Positions 18,021 to 27,266 of a DNA stretch of 64,000 nt are shown in pieces. The stretch spans positions 1-64,000 of the IMG/VR virus record IMGVR_UViG_3300009093_000003; one strand, given 5' to 3'. The stretch is from a virus. Position numbers and translations under genes: made by a program. Numbering within the stretch: position 1 is the first letter of the stretch; every line of letters begins with the position of its first letter. A model generated the notes under the pieces. It saw only the letters and a list, made by a program, of their open reading frames with translations. It was not told the DNA's origin and did not search any database.

Positions 18021-18052
18021 AAAAGCCTTTGCAGTTTGTTAAGGCTTTTTTT
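18021..18052. terminator. bidirectional terminator ending late (- strand) operon
   Basis: AAAAGCCTT...AAGGCTTTT. Confidence 0.7.
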
Positions 18053-18347
18053 ATTTATTGTGCTTTTTAACGTACAAATACAATCTTTCCATTACAAGCA
18101 TCATTGGCAGGTTACAAAGTATCCGCAGTAAAACCGTGTCCCATGTTTGCAGGAAATTGAAATCCCAAAACAGGTAAAAGATTGCTGCTAACCCGTAGCA
18201 CCATATTTTTGAACCAAACAATTCAAGCATTAATAACCGTAGCTTCTCATCTCCCCTCGCCTTTTTAAACTCAATCAAAATAAAGACAGACCTGGTTACG
18301 ATCCACCAAAACAATAACTGGCTTATAATCATTTCTACTGTCATCAT
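18051..18347 (-). CDS. small multi-pass membrane protein
   Basis: About 3 hydrophobic segments. Confidence 0.7.
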   Translation of the reverse strand: MMTVEMIISQLLFWWIVTRSVFILIEFKKARGDEKLRLLMLELFGSKIWCYGLAAIFYLFWDFNFLQTWDTVLLRILCNLPMMLVMERLYLYVKKHNK

Positions 18348-18553
18348 TTTCGATTTTCCAAAAGGGCTTTCAACCCCGATAATATATTGGTGTTTTCCCT
18401 GATGTTGCGATTACTATCATCCATTATCTTTTCGTTGCTCTCCCGCCACTCTTTTCGTTCTGCCCGATGGTCCTTCATAAGTTTTAAAACAAACCACGCA
18501 AGCGCCACTATAACTATTCCGGGGATACCATAGCTGTCAAGGATATTATTCAT
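18344..18553 (-). CDS. holin-like protein (single TM + coiled coil)
   Basis: YGIPGIVIVALAWFVLKL followed by charged helix, BhlA-like layout. Confidence 0.6.
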   Translation of the reverse strand: MNNILDSYGIPGIVIVALAWFVLKLMKDHRAERKEWRESNEKIMDDSNRNIRENTNILSGLKALLENRK

Positions 18554-18819
18554 TTCTTGGCAAGCTGGTTTCTCAGTTCATAAATACTATCCCCCAGCGT
18601 GTCAATCTTTTTTTCAATTGGATCAATACGCTCATTGACAATCTCCTTTAAACGCGCGTCCCGGCTCTCTGAAAAGTATTTGAAAACATAATGGATAGCA
18701 GCATAGCACAAACCAAATATCGTTGCCCAGGGCAACAATTCACCGGCGAAAGAAAACCAATTATTTTGTTGAGGTTCAGGTGCTGCCATCGTTCTCGTTT
18801 TAATCTTGTAAAAATCCAT
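18550..18819 (-). CDS. single-TM protein with coiled coil (holin/antiholin-like)
   Basis: TM segment then IDPIEKKIDTL heptads. Confidence 0.6.
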   Translation of the reverse strand: MDFYKIKTRTMAAPEPQQNNWFSFAGELLPWATIFGLCYAAIHYVFKYFSESRDARLKEIVNERIDPIEKKIDTLGDSIYELRNQLAKK

Positions 18820-19165
18820 GATTTGTCGCTGCTATCAGTACAAAAATTGTTACTAACATAGTGCCAATATCTACAACCGCCATTAAGTAATAAGGATTAA
18901 GTATTAAAAATCTGTTAACCAATAGTGTTATTACGAAGGTAAAGATAACAACAAAATAGATAACCTGTATTAGTTGCCCCTGCAAGTTTGTATTTCCTCC
19001 AAATCTTTGAAATACATACAGGGCTGATAAAATAAAGGCGTAGTTAAAGGCGCGCCAGTTGCTTTTAGTCAGCTCCTGCATTGGTATGTTCCTTAGCCAG
19101 TAAACAAATACCGTATGGCTTATTAAAAACAATATCAATGCCGCACCGATAAGCCACGTTTTCAT
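18800..19165 (-). CDS. 4-TM membrane protein
   Basis: MKTWLIGAAL...; four hydrophobic segments; ATG 19165 overlaps upstream stop. Confidence 0.7.
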   Translation of the reverse strand: MKTWLIGAALILFLISHTVFVYWLRNIPMQELTKSNWRAFNYAFILSALYVFQRFGGNTNLQGQLIQVIYFVVIFTFVITLLVNRFLILNPYYLMAVVDIGTMLVTIFVLIAATNHGFLQD

Positions 19166-19398
19166 GTTTCGGGAACGGCAACACAAACGTTGCCATTGCA
19201 GGCGCAATAATAGTTAGCCAGGCCAACGGCTGGACAGCCGACATGGTCGTGACAATTAGCCGGGGAGCATCCGCCGCCATCTAAAGGCTTAGGTCGCGCT
19301 GTGCCATTCTGATCGGCTTCCATGCAAGCCAATACAAATTCCCTTGTTTCTTCTTCGAGGGATTGTAAATAGGTGAAAATCTGTTTTTGTGTGTTCAT
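19162..19398 (-). CDS. 78 aa protein with six-Cys C-terminal mini-domain
   Basis: ...LDGGG-CSPANCHDHVGCPAVGLANYYCACNGNVC. Confidence 0.65.
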   Translation of the reverse strand: MNTQKQIFTYLQSLEEETREFVLACMEADQNGTARPKPLDGGGCSPANCHDHVGCPAVGLANYYCACNGNVCVAVPET

Positions 19399-19409
19399 TG
19401 TTTTATGAT

Positions 19410-22400
19410 TTATAGTTGTGTAATACGCGCCCCCGCATCATATGTAACACTTCCGGCCCCGACTGTCAAATTAGTTTTTACAGTAATAACCGTGCCGTTC
19501 TTTGCCCTTATTGTCACCGGGTTATAATTACTATCCGCAATTGAATTTAACGTTGTGTACGATACTGTTTGAGAAGTATTGTTTTCATCCGTATAAGTTA
19601 CCTGCACCTGGATAACATCGGTTGCGATTGCTGTTACATTTAAATATGCAGAAATGTTAAATGTTGCCGTTGATGACCCTACTGTAAACGTTGTAACGTT
19701 GCCGGCAGTAGTTTGTGCCGTCAGGTCGTTTGACGCTTGCGTTAGTGCTATGGTTGAAGGTGCCGCGGATGCGATAAGTGTTGCTACCTGGCTTGCGGTT
19801 AGTGCTGTCGGAACTGCCGTACTGCCGGTCACATTGCCCAAAATGGTGTTATTCGCCTGTGTTTGTATCTTAGCATAAGTGACAGCATTGCCCCCCAAGT
19901 CGCCGTTAACCACCTGGCTTGAGCTCATAACGTGCGAACTGTTAAAGTGAGCCACGCCAGCGCCCAACGAATTAACCGTAAGCGCATTTATAGCCACTGT
20001 GTTATCATTTAAATCGGGCGTACCAGTACAATAGTAATGTGTGCCATCAGTGCATACAAACGCATATAACTGCCCGTTAGCGGTACGCTGGTTGGCAAGT
20101 GCTAAACCACCGCTAATATTGCCAGTGAAGTTAAATGATGTATTTGCTAACGCGCCCTGTGAAATAGCCGGATCGTTGATTAACACATAAAATATTTGCC
20201 CTGTTTTACCGCCGCTAAAGTTGGCTATAACCGTGGTCGAGCTGTTATTTGTGATAAAGTAATTACCGGCAGAAATAACGGGTGCTGTGCTGTTAACAGT
20301 AAGTGTTGTAGAGGTATTGCCTAAAAATCCGTTACCCTGGCTATAGGCAGGAAGAACTGCGTATTGCTGTACATTCGGCGAAAGTGTCCCGGTGGCGCTT
20401 GCACTTAATCCATTCAGTGTTCCGCTACAAGTGCTTATAACAAGGTTTAGAGGTTTGTTATCGGTGTAAACCGACCACGCCGGTTTGTTAGCAGCTACGG
20501 CTGAATTACTAAACTGGCAGAATTGAAAGTAAGCTGATATACCAACCCCGCTGTAAGAGTTAATATTTACATCTGCATAGGTATTGTCAGTCGTCTCACT
20601 ATTGCCAAAAATGATACAATGCTCAAACATATCCCCACGATTAGCGGTTAGCGTTGTTGTACCGGTAGCAAGCAATATCCCTTCATGCCCATTATAATTG
20701 CTGAAAACCTTTATAAAAGAGTTGCTCGATCCTTCGTCATAAATCCCAACAAGGGTATTCGAGAAGAAGTCACTATTGAAGCAACGTAAAGAGGTGTTGT
20801 TTGTCCATAGGCCATTATTACAGAAAAAGCCACCGCATGTCTCGATATAAGTATCGAGGGCTAAAATATGAAATCCGTCACCGGCGCAATTGTAAGCATA
20901 ATCTGTGTTAAATCGGATGCCGTCTACATTAGGTTGAATTAAAAACCCGTGAGTTTTACCATTTATAACCACAACGTTATCAATGTCTATGCCCGATTGA
21001 ATAACCCCGTTCATGGCGGGACCGCCTGTGCCTACGGTTGGCTGTATAAACTTAATACCCTCACCAGCGGTGGACAAAGCCATATCTATATAAAAGTTCT
21101 TACAATTAGCGTCACTTGGCTGCGTAGCATTGGTCATTGTAGTAAAATCGTAAACTACCGCTGCGGAGCCTAACGAAGATGAGGCGACTAATGTAGATGC
21201 GTTAAAGCCGGAAAAACCTAAAACTGCGTTAACGTTTGCAGTAGGCGAAGTTCCCTCTAATGTTACCCCTTCCAACATCGATATGCTCGAAGATATTTTG
21301 TATCTAACGTTCCGAAGTTTAACAACTCCTATCTTTTTTAAATTGGCTGCCGCGATACAAGCGTTTATTGCCGGGGCATCATCGTGGCTGTTATCTCCTA
21401 ACGCACCGTACCATTCCGGCAACAGGTACGTACCGTCAATAACCCTAAGCCAGTAAAACCCGCCAAATGTGCTGTTAAAAATAATCCCGTTGTCAATTAC
21501 CAACCCAGATGAAGAAACAAGTTTAAATGTTCCTCCTCTATAAACAGTGTCTACCACTATTGTTGTTGCCGGAGAAGTCGTTGCCTGTAATTGTGCAATG
21601 CCTGCTACGTGCGGGACATAAGATGTTGCCACATCAGTACTGTCTGCCAATACCGGATTAAGCCTATATGGGGCTTTTATCGTCATATCAGCCGCTCGGT
21701 TTACCCAAATAGTTCGCCTGTAGGTACTGTTTTTCCAACTTAACCGGTTTAAGCTATCGGGATAAATCTTCAACCTGCCAGTTGTTGATGACGGACTAAT
21801 TGATTGTGAACCGAGATCAATGTACCCCTGTCCACCCTGTCCGGCCGCATAAAAATTAGTAGCATTGAGTGGATTTATAAAATAGAATGGATTGCCAGTA
21901 ACGTTTACTGTGTCTGAATTAAGCCAGTTTACATTCATGGCCAAGAACCCGCTCGGCTGATACCCTGCAATTCCGTTAACACTGGCGGCAAATTGTGCTT
22001 GTGACCCGCCTGTTACATCAGTTAAATAAAGATTGTGCGAGGTAAGCAACCCGTTGAAATTGCCATTTTGAACATTATAGCCGTATACGTTACTTGTCGG
22101 GGTTAAGCTAATCCCGTTATTTGCATTATAAGGAACATACCCTGTTGTTGATAATTTTGCCCACCTCGTATCGCCCTTTGGAAAGAAATTTAAAACCGTC
22201 TGCAATACTGTGCTATCTGCCTTTACAGCACCGCTTGTAGTAATTGTGGTAAAGTTCATGCCATAGCCTGCCGAGACGCTTGTAACACTGCCTGGCGCAC
22301 CGCCTGTAGCAATCAGTTTACCATTTGCATCATAACCCACGCCGCCCACTGGTGTACCGCTGCCAATATTCGGTATCAGCACCTGCCCCCAAACGTAAAG

Positions 22401-23054
22401 TGAGTTTTGAAGCCCCAAGCCTGTAAACATATGGTCAAGGGTATCAACATTTTTTAAGTTTATATTGCCTGTCTTACCAAAGAAAGCCATTTTTGTGAGG
22501 CCGGTAGAATCCTGAAAGTTCCACCTTAACTCCCCCGGTGGTGTTACCGAGGGTGTATTTATTCTTAAAGCCCATCCTCTGAATGCTGTGGTTGATATTA
22601 TACCACCCAACGACCTCAAACCATTGGTGCCCACCAAAACATCAAGCAGATCGCTTGTGGGATGTGCCCCCTGTATCACACCCTGGTTATGAACATATAA
22701 ACCAATACTTTCTGTATTATCTGTGTTTATATTCATAAATGACTTTAACTGTATTGCAGTTGTGGTAGCCAGTGAACCCGGTACTGCGGTATAAGTGCCT
22801 AATACCGTTTGTGGGGTTGGTGAGTTTAAAAGCAACGCCTGTGATTTTAAAGTATAAGGCGCTAAATCCCTTTGCAGCTGCACACTGTCAACATCTTGTG
22901 TCCACCCATACAAAGACCCGTGGTAAGTCCACCAGTTTTTGGTGCTGGGCTCAAAATATTTCGTGTTTGTTGTTATCGGCCCCACCGGCGATATTGGCTG
23001 TGCAAACGCAGCCGCCGATATAAAGAGCAATAAGATAAAGCTTAGTTTTTTCAT
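19410..23054 (-). CDS. tailspike/tail-fibre-like protein with pectate_lyase_3-type beta-helix and N-terminal signal peptide
   Basis: PEWYGALGDNSHDDAPAINACI motif then Asn/Gly-rich beta-helix repeats; N-terminus MKKLSFILLLFISAAAFA|Q. Confidence 0.85.
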   Translation of the reverse strand: MKKLSFILLLFISAAAFAQPISPVGPITTNTKYFEPSTKNWWTYHGSLYGWTQDVDSVQLQRDLAPYTLKSQALLLNSPTPQTVLGTYTAVPGSLATTTAIQLKSFMNINTDNTESIGLYVHNQGVIQGAHPTSDLLDVLVGTNGLRSLGGIISTTAFRGWALRINTPSVTPPGELRWNFQDSTGLTKMAFFGKTGNINLKNVDTLDHMFTGLGLQNSLYVWGQVLIPNIGSGTPVGGVGYDANGKLIATGGAPGSVTSVSAGYGMNFTTITTSGAVKADSTVLQTVLNFFPKGDTRWAKLSTTGYVPYNANNGISLTPTSNVYGYNVQNGNFNGLLTSHNLYLTDVTGGSQAQFAASVNGIAGYQPSGFLAMNVNWLNSDTVNVTGNPFYFINPLNATNFYAAGQGGQGYIDLGSQSISPSSTTGRLKIYPDSLNRLSWKNSTYRRTIWVNRAADMTIKAPYRLNPVLADSTDVATSYVPHVAGIAQLQATTSPATTIVVDTVYRGGTFKLVSSSGLVIDNGIIFNSTFGGFYWLRVIDGTYLLPEWYGALGDNSHDDAPAINACIAAANLKKIGVVKLRNVRYKISSSISMLEGVTLEGTSPTANVNAVLGFSGFNASTLVASSSLGSAAVVYDFTTMTNATQPSDANCKNFYIDMALSTAGEGIKFIQPTVGTGGPAMNGVIQSGIDIDNVVVINGKTHGFLIQPNVDGIRFNTDYAYNCAGDGFHILALDTYIETCGGFFCNNGLWTNNTSLRCFNSDFFSNTLVGIYDEGSSNSFIKVFSNYNGHEGILLATGTTTLTANRGDMFEHCIIFGNSETTDNTYADVNINSYSGVGISAYFQFCQFSNSAVAANKPAWSVYTDNKPLNLVISTCSGTLNGLSASATGTLSPNVQQYAVLPAYSQGNGFLGNTSTTLTVNSTAPVISAGNYFITNNSSTTVIANFSGGKTGQIFYVLINDPAISQGALANTSFNFTGNISGGLALANQRTANGQLYAFVCTDGTHYYCTGTPDLNDNTVAINALTVNSLGAGVAHFNSSHVMSSSQVVNGDLGGNAVTYAKIQTQANNTILGNVTGSTAVPTALTASQVATLIASAAPSTIALTQASNDLTAQTTAGNVTTFTVGSSTATFNISAYLNVTAIATDVIQVQVTYTDENNTSQTVSYTTLNSIADSNYNPVTIRAKNGTVITVKTNLTVGAGSVTYDAGARITQL

Positions 23055-23066
23055 TTTCTTTAAAAA

Positions 23067-23630
23067 TTAAGGTTGCACACCTGAAATTAAAATATAGCCT
23101 GTCGTTGCTATAGGGTACCCCCATGTAATTGAAACAATACCGCTTGTTGGATTCCCTGGCGTAGCATAAACATAGTCCGGCGCTGTGCCGTTATCCGGCG
23201 TAAAGCCGCCTAAGCCGTCAGCAACAAATATTTGAACGTAAGGCGTATTCCCGAAACGTGAGTAATAGGCCGTTTGATATGACAGTAAAGCAACTGTGGT
23301 TTGATTTGTAAACGGAAAAGTATCACTATTAACTATTGAACCGGTTGTTGTCACATCAATGATTACTCCCGGATTTTGAGCGTTAGGATCAATAGAACCA
23401 CCTGCATACTGCCCCACAAAGGCGCTTAAACACGCATAGGCTGCTTGAAATGTTGCAGACGAAGTATCACCCAGCGAATATCTGTTTTGTACCGCTAATA
23501 CGCTCCTGTTGCCCTTAATAGCAGTATCCCAATTAACATTCAATGCCCCGTTCTGTAAAGCGGTATTATAACCTAAAACAAGGTTAGCAATTTTCAGTTG
23601 ACCAGTTAATATTTCGTCACTTACTGCCAT
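23067..23630 (-). CDS. putative tail/virion structural protein
   Basis: T/G/S-rich; located in tail module. Confidence 0.65.
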   Translation of the reverse strand: MAVSDEILTGQLKIANLVLGYNTALQNGALNVNWDTAIKGNRSVLAVQNRYSLGDTSSATFQAAYACLSAFVGQYAGGSIDPNAQNPGVIIDVTTTGSIVNSDTFPFTNQTTVALLSYQTAYYSRFGNTPYVQIFVADGLGGFTPDNGTAPDYVYATPGNPTSGIVSITWGYPIATTGYILISGVQP

Positions 23631-23631
23631 A

Positions 23632-24111
23632 TCACATTAATTGAGAAACTATATTTTGATTGACCCAATAATTAGCCATAATTATACAGGCGTTTGCCGA
23701 GGCAGCGCCTGCCAACCCTGCAAGGTTAAACCTCAATGCAGCCTGTAGTGACAACTGGCTTTTTTCAAGGTTACAGTTATTCCCCTGGCAACCGCAATTC
23801 GTTGCATTGAATTGTGCAAGATAGGCGTTCCAGTAATATCCCTGTGCCACTATGTACACCGTTGTGACCCACGGCGACCCCGAAACGTTATCGGTTACGG
23901 TACATACAAATTTTAACCAAACATCTGCCGGAAACGTATAGGTAGCCGTCAGGGTTGAACCCATATTTATCGTTTGCAATAAAGTTCCTGCTGAATTGTA
24001 AATGGTGAGTATGCGGGAACTAACAACCCCGTAACTTCCTGTATCTGTATAAATAATACTACCGCCAGTGAGGCTGTTTTCTACTGCGGTTCCACTTGGT
24101 GTACTCGGCAT
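23632..24111 (-). CDS. putative tail/virion structural protein
   Basis: Beta-rich N-terminus, CGC motif, helical C-terminus. Confidence 0.65.
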   Translation of the reverse strand: MPSTPSGTAVENSLTGGSIIYTDTGSYGVVSSRILTIYNSAGTLLQTINMGSTLTATYTFPADVWLKFVCTVTDNVSGSPWVTTVYIVAQGYYWNAYLAQFNATNCGCQGNNCNLEKSQLSLQAALRFNLAGLAGAASANACIIMANYWVNQNIVSQLM

Positions 24112-24123
24112 GGTTTAAATCAT

Positions 24124-24750
24124 TTAATGGTAGTACAAGGCGTATAGACTGCTGCCGGTTAAAGGCGGCGCTACAGTGGTAATCACATTACCAGCCACCG
24201 TAAAATCAATATTGTAAATTAAAAATACAGTTGGCTGCGTAGACGGTGATGGTGTGTAAATCAACGCTATAGCACCCTTAATAGGCGTATTGGCTAAAGT
24301 AAAAGTTTGATTGCTGCCATTGATTGCACCGGTTGGTATTTCACTGGAAACCAATGTACCAATAACTCCCGCCGAAGCCGATGCTTGTTTTTGCTGCAAA
24401 GATAGCTGCGATTGCGTTACCGGTATTTCAAGCATAACATTTAAAGTATCACTATTAGCTGCGCTGGCCGGAAGATTATTAATACCCCAAACAAATACCG
24501 GTAAGCCATTTGATCTGAACCAGGCAAACTCGTTGTCATTTGGTAAACCTATGGATCCCGGATGCGTGGTGTCGTAAATTTCTTTCAATGAACTTACATC
24601 CAACGGAAAATTATTTACGCCCGAAATGATTAACACCTTGCTAACCACATCCATATTTACTTGGTAGATATCGTTAGAACTTGAAATTAGCACTTCCAAA
24701 ATAGCCTCCTTTTTTATTTGTAAAGATAAATCTTTTTCGTAAATTAGCAT
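24124..24750 (-). CDS. putative tail-associated structural protein
   Basis: C-terminal EIPTGAINGSNQTFTLANTP...DFTVAGNVIT repeat-type domain seen in phage tail proteins. Confidence 0.65.
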   Translation of the reverse strand: MLIYEKDLSLQIKKEAILEVLISSSNDIYQVNMDVVSKVLIISGVNNFPLDVSSLKEIYDTTHPGSIGLPNDNEFAWFRSNGLPVFVWGINNLPASAANSDTLNVMLEIPVTQSQLSLQQKQASASAGVIGTLVSSEIPTGAINGSNQTFTLANTPIKGAIALIYTPSPSTQPTVFLIYNIDFTVAGNVITTVAPPLTGSSLYALYYH

Positions 24751-24823
24751 ATAAAATAAAAACGCTGTTGCAGAGCGTATCGAAAATATTAATTGTCCTG
24801 TTTTGGTGTCATAACTGCAACTT

Positions 24824-25375
24824 ATGATTTCCGAAATGGGACTTTTAAATTTTATGCCAAAGAGGCTTTTACCAATAGAAGAAATACTTAAATCTAAGTA
24901 TAAAGAAAACCTTGAAACAGGGTGTTGGGAGTGGTTAGCCGGAAAGAATAAAGCAGGCTATGGAGTGATAGGTCACAACCATACTCCATATTTAGCACAC
25001 AGATTGTCATATATCATCAATATTGGAGAAATTCCTAACGGGTTACTGGTCTGCCATAAGTGCGATAACCCACCATGTATAAATCCAGATCACTTATTCT
25101 TAGGTACACCTAAAGATAATGAAGCGGACGCCCGTAACAAAGGCAGGAAAAGAGCGAAAGAACACCCAAGCCTTGAATGTTATAAGTGCGGTTGTCGTTG
25201 CGACGATTGTAAAAGATTAGAATACGAAAGAAAAAAGAAAGCAAGGTTAAAAAACCCCGAAGTATTTAGTGAAAGAGGAAAAAAGTACTACAAAAATAAT
25301 AAAGACAAGGCCAGTGCTTATGGGAAAGAATACTATCTGCGAAATAAGGAAATAGTAAAAAAAAAGAAGTGTTGA
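24824..25375 (+). CDS. HNH homing endonuclease inserted antisense in late region
   Basis: [35 protein letters not shown]. Confidence 0.92.
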   Translation: MISEMGLLNFMPKRLLPIEEILKSKYKENLETGCWEWLAGKNKAGYGVIGHNHTPYLAHRLSYIINIGEIPNGLLVCHKCDNPPCINPDHLFLGTPKDNEADARNKGRKRAKEHPSLECYKCGCRCDDCKRLEYERKKKARLKNPEVFSERGKKYYKNNKDKASAYGKEYYLRNKEIVKKKKC

Positions 25376-25395
25376 GAATAGAAGGATAAGAAACG

Positions 25396-26667
25396 CTAAA
25401 AAGAAACTCCTATCTTAATGCCTTTGTCAATTTCTTTTTGAATTTCTGAAACTGTGGCGCAGGTTACTTTTACTCGGTAACCCTTTATCTGATCGGCCAC
25501 TTTATTTATTTTAGTAGCGCAATCTTCCAGTGAGTTTCCCGTCATCACCACAACCCCTACACAATCGTTTTTATCTATGGTATTTGGTACGACGTAGTAG
25601 ATTTCATCCACAATTGTATAATTACGCAGTTTAATCCATTTAGCCACCTCTTTAGGGAACGATATGCCCACCCAATGCTCCATAGCAAAATCACATGTAA
25701 TAACTAAGGTCATCGCAAAAGGTTCAGAATATTCCGCATCTAAAAACTCGCCGTTCCCACCAGACCATAGTATTTCTGAAAAATTACTTATCCACTCATA
25801 ATAAGCCTCACTTACTGGCGATGGTTGTCTACAGCAGCAATCAGTAACGTAACCGACACCCTTCTGGGTCACCCTCATTTCCGCACTGAAAAAATTTCGA
25901 TAGTTATTTATTTTAAGTGTTTCAGATATTTTAGTATTAAAATCCTTTATCGGTTCAAATAAAGTGCTGTATGGCTTTATCTTAGCTGCCCAACCCATAT
26001 CCTTAACCTCAAAACCAACCGCCACCTTAGATGGGTATTTACCTCCCACCGTGTAAAGATCGGCAGCCAACTCAATTCCGTCGATAGGTGAAAATACCGA
26101 AAAATCTAAAAGGTTCTTTACGGGGCCTAATTCACCTTCCAATTTGTCAAGCAGAGGGGACACTAAATCATAACTGGCGCTGTGAAAAGTTTCTATCGTC
26201 CCCCTAAATTGCGATACTTTCACATACACATTCTCGTGTTTTTGGAGGTACTTTCTCAAGTCGTCTAAGCCATGAACCTCTGCGTATTCCGGTACAGGTA
26301 ATCCCAACTCTTTAAAGTATTCCAACGTTTCAACACGTTCAAGTTCTAAAGCATCTGCCTTTCCGCTTGCCCATACACGCTTGCCAATTGAAATAAGGTA
26401 ATCGGACCAATCAGAAAAACCGCAGTCCGGGAAAACAAATAGATCAACCGCGTCAATATAATTCCAAAAGTCGTTTACTTTTTCAACGCCCTCTGTTTCA
26501 AGCAAGCCCTCCCCGATTTGCGCGTCATTGAATTTAGGGAAAGCAGTGCGCCAAAATGGGTCGTGGTAGTAAACGTGTTTAAAGTCACGCGCAAGCCGCT
26601 CCGCCACTTTCATGTACATACCTGGCGCCACCACCATTGCTGTTTTTGTCCCTAAATACTCTGCCAT
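25396..26667 (-). CDS. ATP-grasp fold enzyme (PurD/GAR-synthetase-like fold)
   Basis: LELERVETLEYFKELGLPVPEY, YVKVS, GFEVKD, SAEMRV; ATG 26667 after TATATTTG. Confidence 0.7.
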   Translation of the reverse strand: MAEYLGTKTAMVVAPGMYMKVAERLARDFKHVYYHDPFWRTAFPKFNDAQIGEGLLETEGVEKVNDFWNYIDAVDLFVFPDCGFSDWSDYLISIGKRVWASGKADALELERVETLEYFKELGLPVPEYAEVHGLDDLRKYLQKHENVYVKVSQFRGTIETFHSASYDLVSPLLDKLEGELGPVKNLLDFSVFSPIDGIELAADLYTVGGKYPSKVAVGFEVKDMGWAAKIKPYSTLFEPIKDFNTKISETLKINNYRNFFSAEMRVTQKGVGYVTDCCCRQPSPVSEAYYEWISNFSEILWSGGNGEFLDAEYSEPFAMTLVITCDFAMEHWVGISFPKEVAKWIKLRNYTIVDEIYYVVPNTIDKNDCVGVVVMTGNSLEDCATKINKVADQIKGYRVKVTCATVSEIQKEIDKGIKIGVSF

Positions 26668-26829
26668 AACTTTAAATAAACCACCAACAAATACCGGCGA
26701 TTGAAGCCAATAATGTAATTGCAACTATAAATTTAAATACCGATTTCAAACCTTCGGATTTTGTTGTAATAAGTGCCAAATATAACAGTATTGCGACTAT
26801 GCTTTCTATACATATTTTGGCTATGATTA

Positions 26830-27261
26830 TCACAACGCGTAAATTTCATCTTCGTACTCTTTCCAGCTAACTTTTGCCGAAGCAATCACCGCCATTTCCA
26901 CTGATGTAGCGATAAGGTGCTGATCGCGATAGGGACAATCTACGGCCATTCCTGGTTCTTCTTCGTCATCAACCTCACCACGTTTTCGCTTTTCCTCAAA
27001 TTCAAAATCAAATTTATCAACATCCTCAAAAGTTACTTTTCCTTCATGGCGCAATAGTGCCATTTCAGTAAGCTCATGTATCAACACAGCCATTGCATGT
27101 ATTTCTACCTTCATTTGGCTTATACGTATTTGTAATACGCCGTCAACATCAAAAAAATAGTCGCCTACGGTTTCGTACCGTTGCTGATGGTGTGGGATAA
27201 ACTCAATATTAATTTTGGTCAACATTGGTTTCTTGGTAATTCTTGGTTTATAATCTGCCAT
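26830..27261 (-). CDS. hypothetical protein with HExxE metal-binding-like motif
   Basis: AVLIHELTE ... YRDQHLIA. Confidence 0.7.
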   Translation of the reverse strand: MADYKPRITKKPMLTKINIEFIPHHQQRYETVGDYFFDVDGVLQIRISQMKVEIHAMAVLIHELTEMALLRHEGKVTFEDVDKFDFEFEEKRKRGEVDDEEEPGMAVDCPYRDQHLIATSVEMAVIASAKVSWKEYEDEIYAL

Positions 27262-27266
27262 AATCT

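Noticed and set aside
19410-23054. Diversity-generating retroelement targeting the tail protein
   Set aside because: No reverse transcriptase and no TR/VR repeat pair seen in the window.
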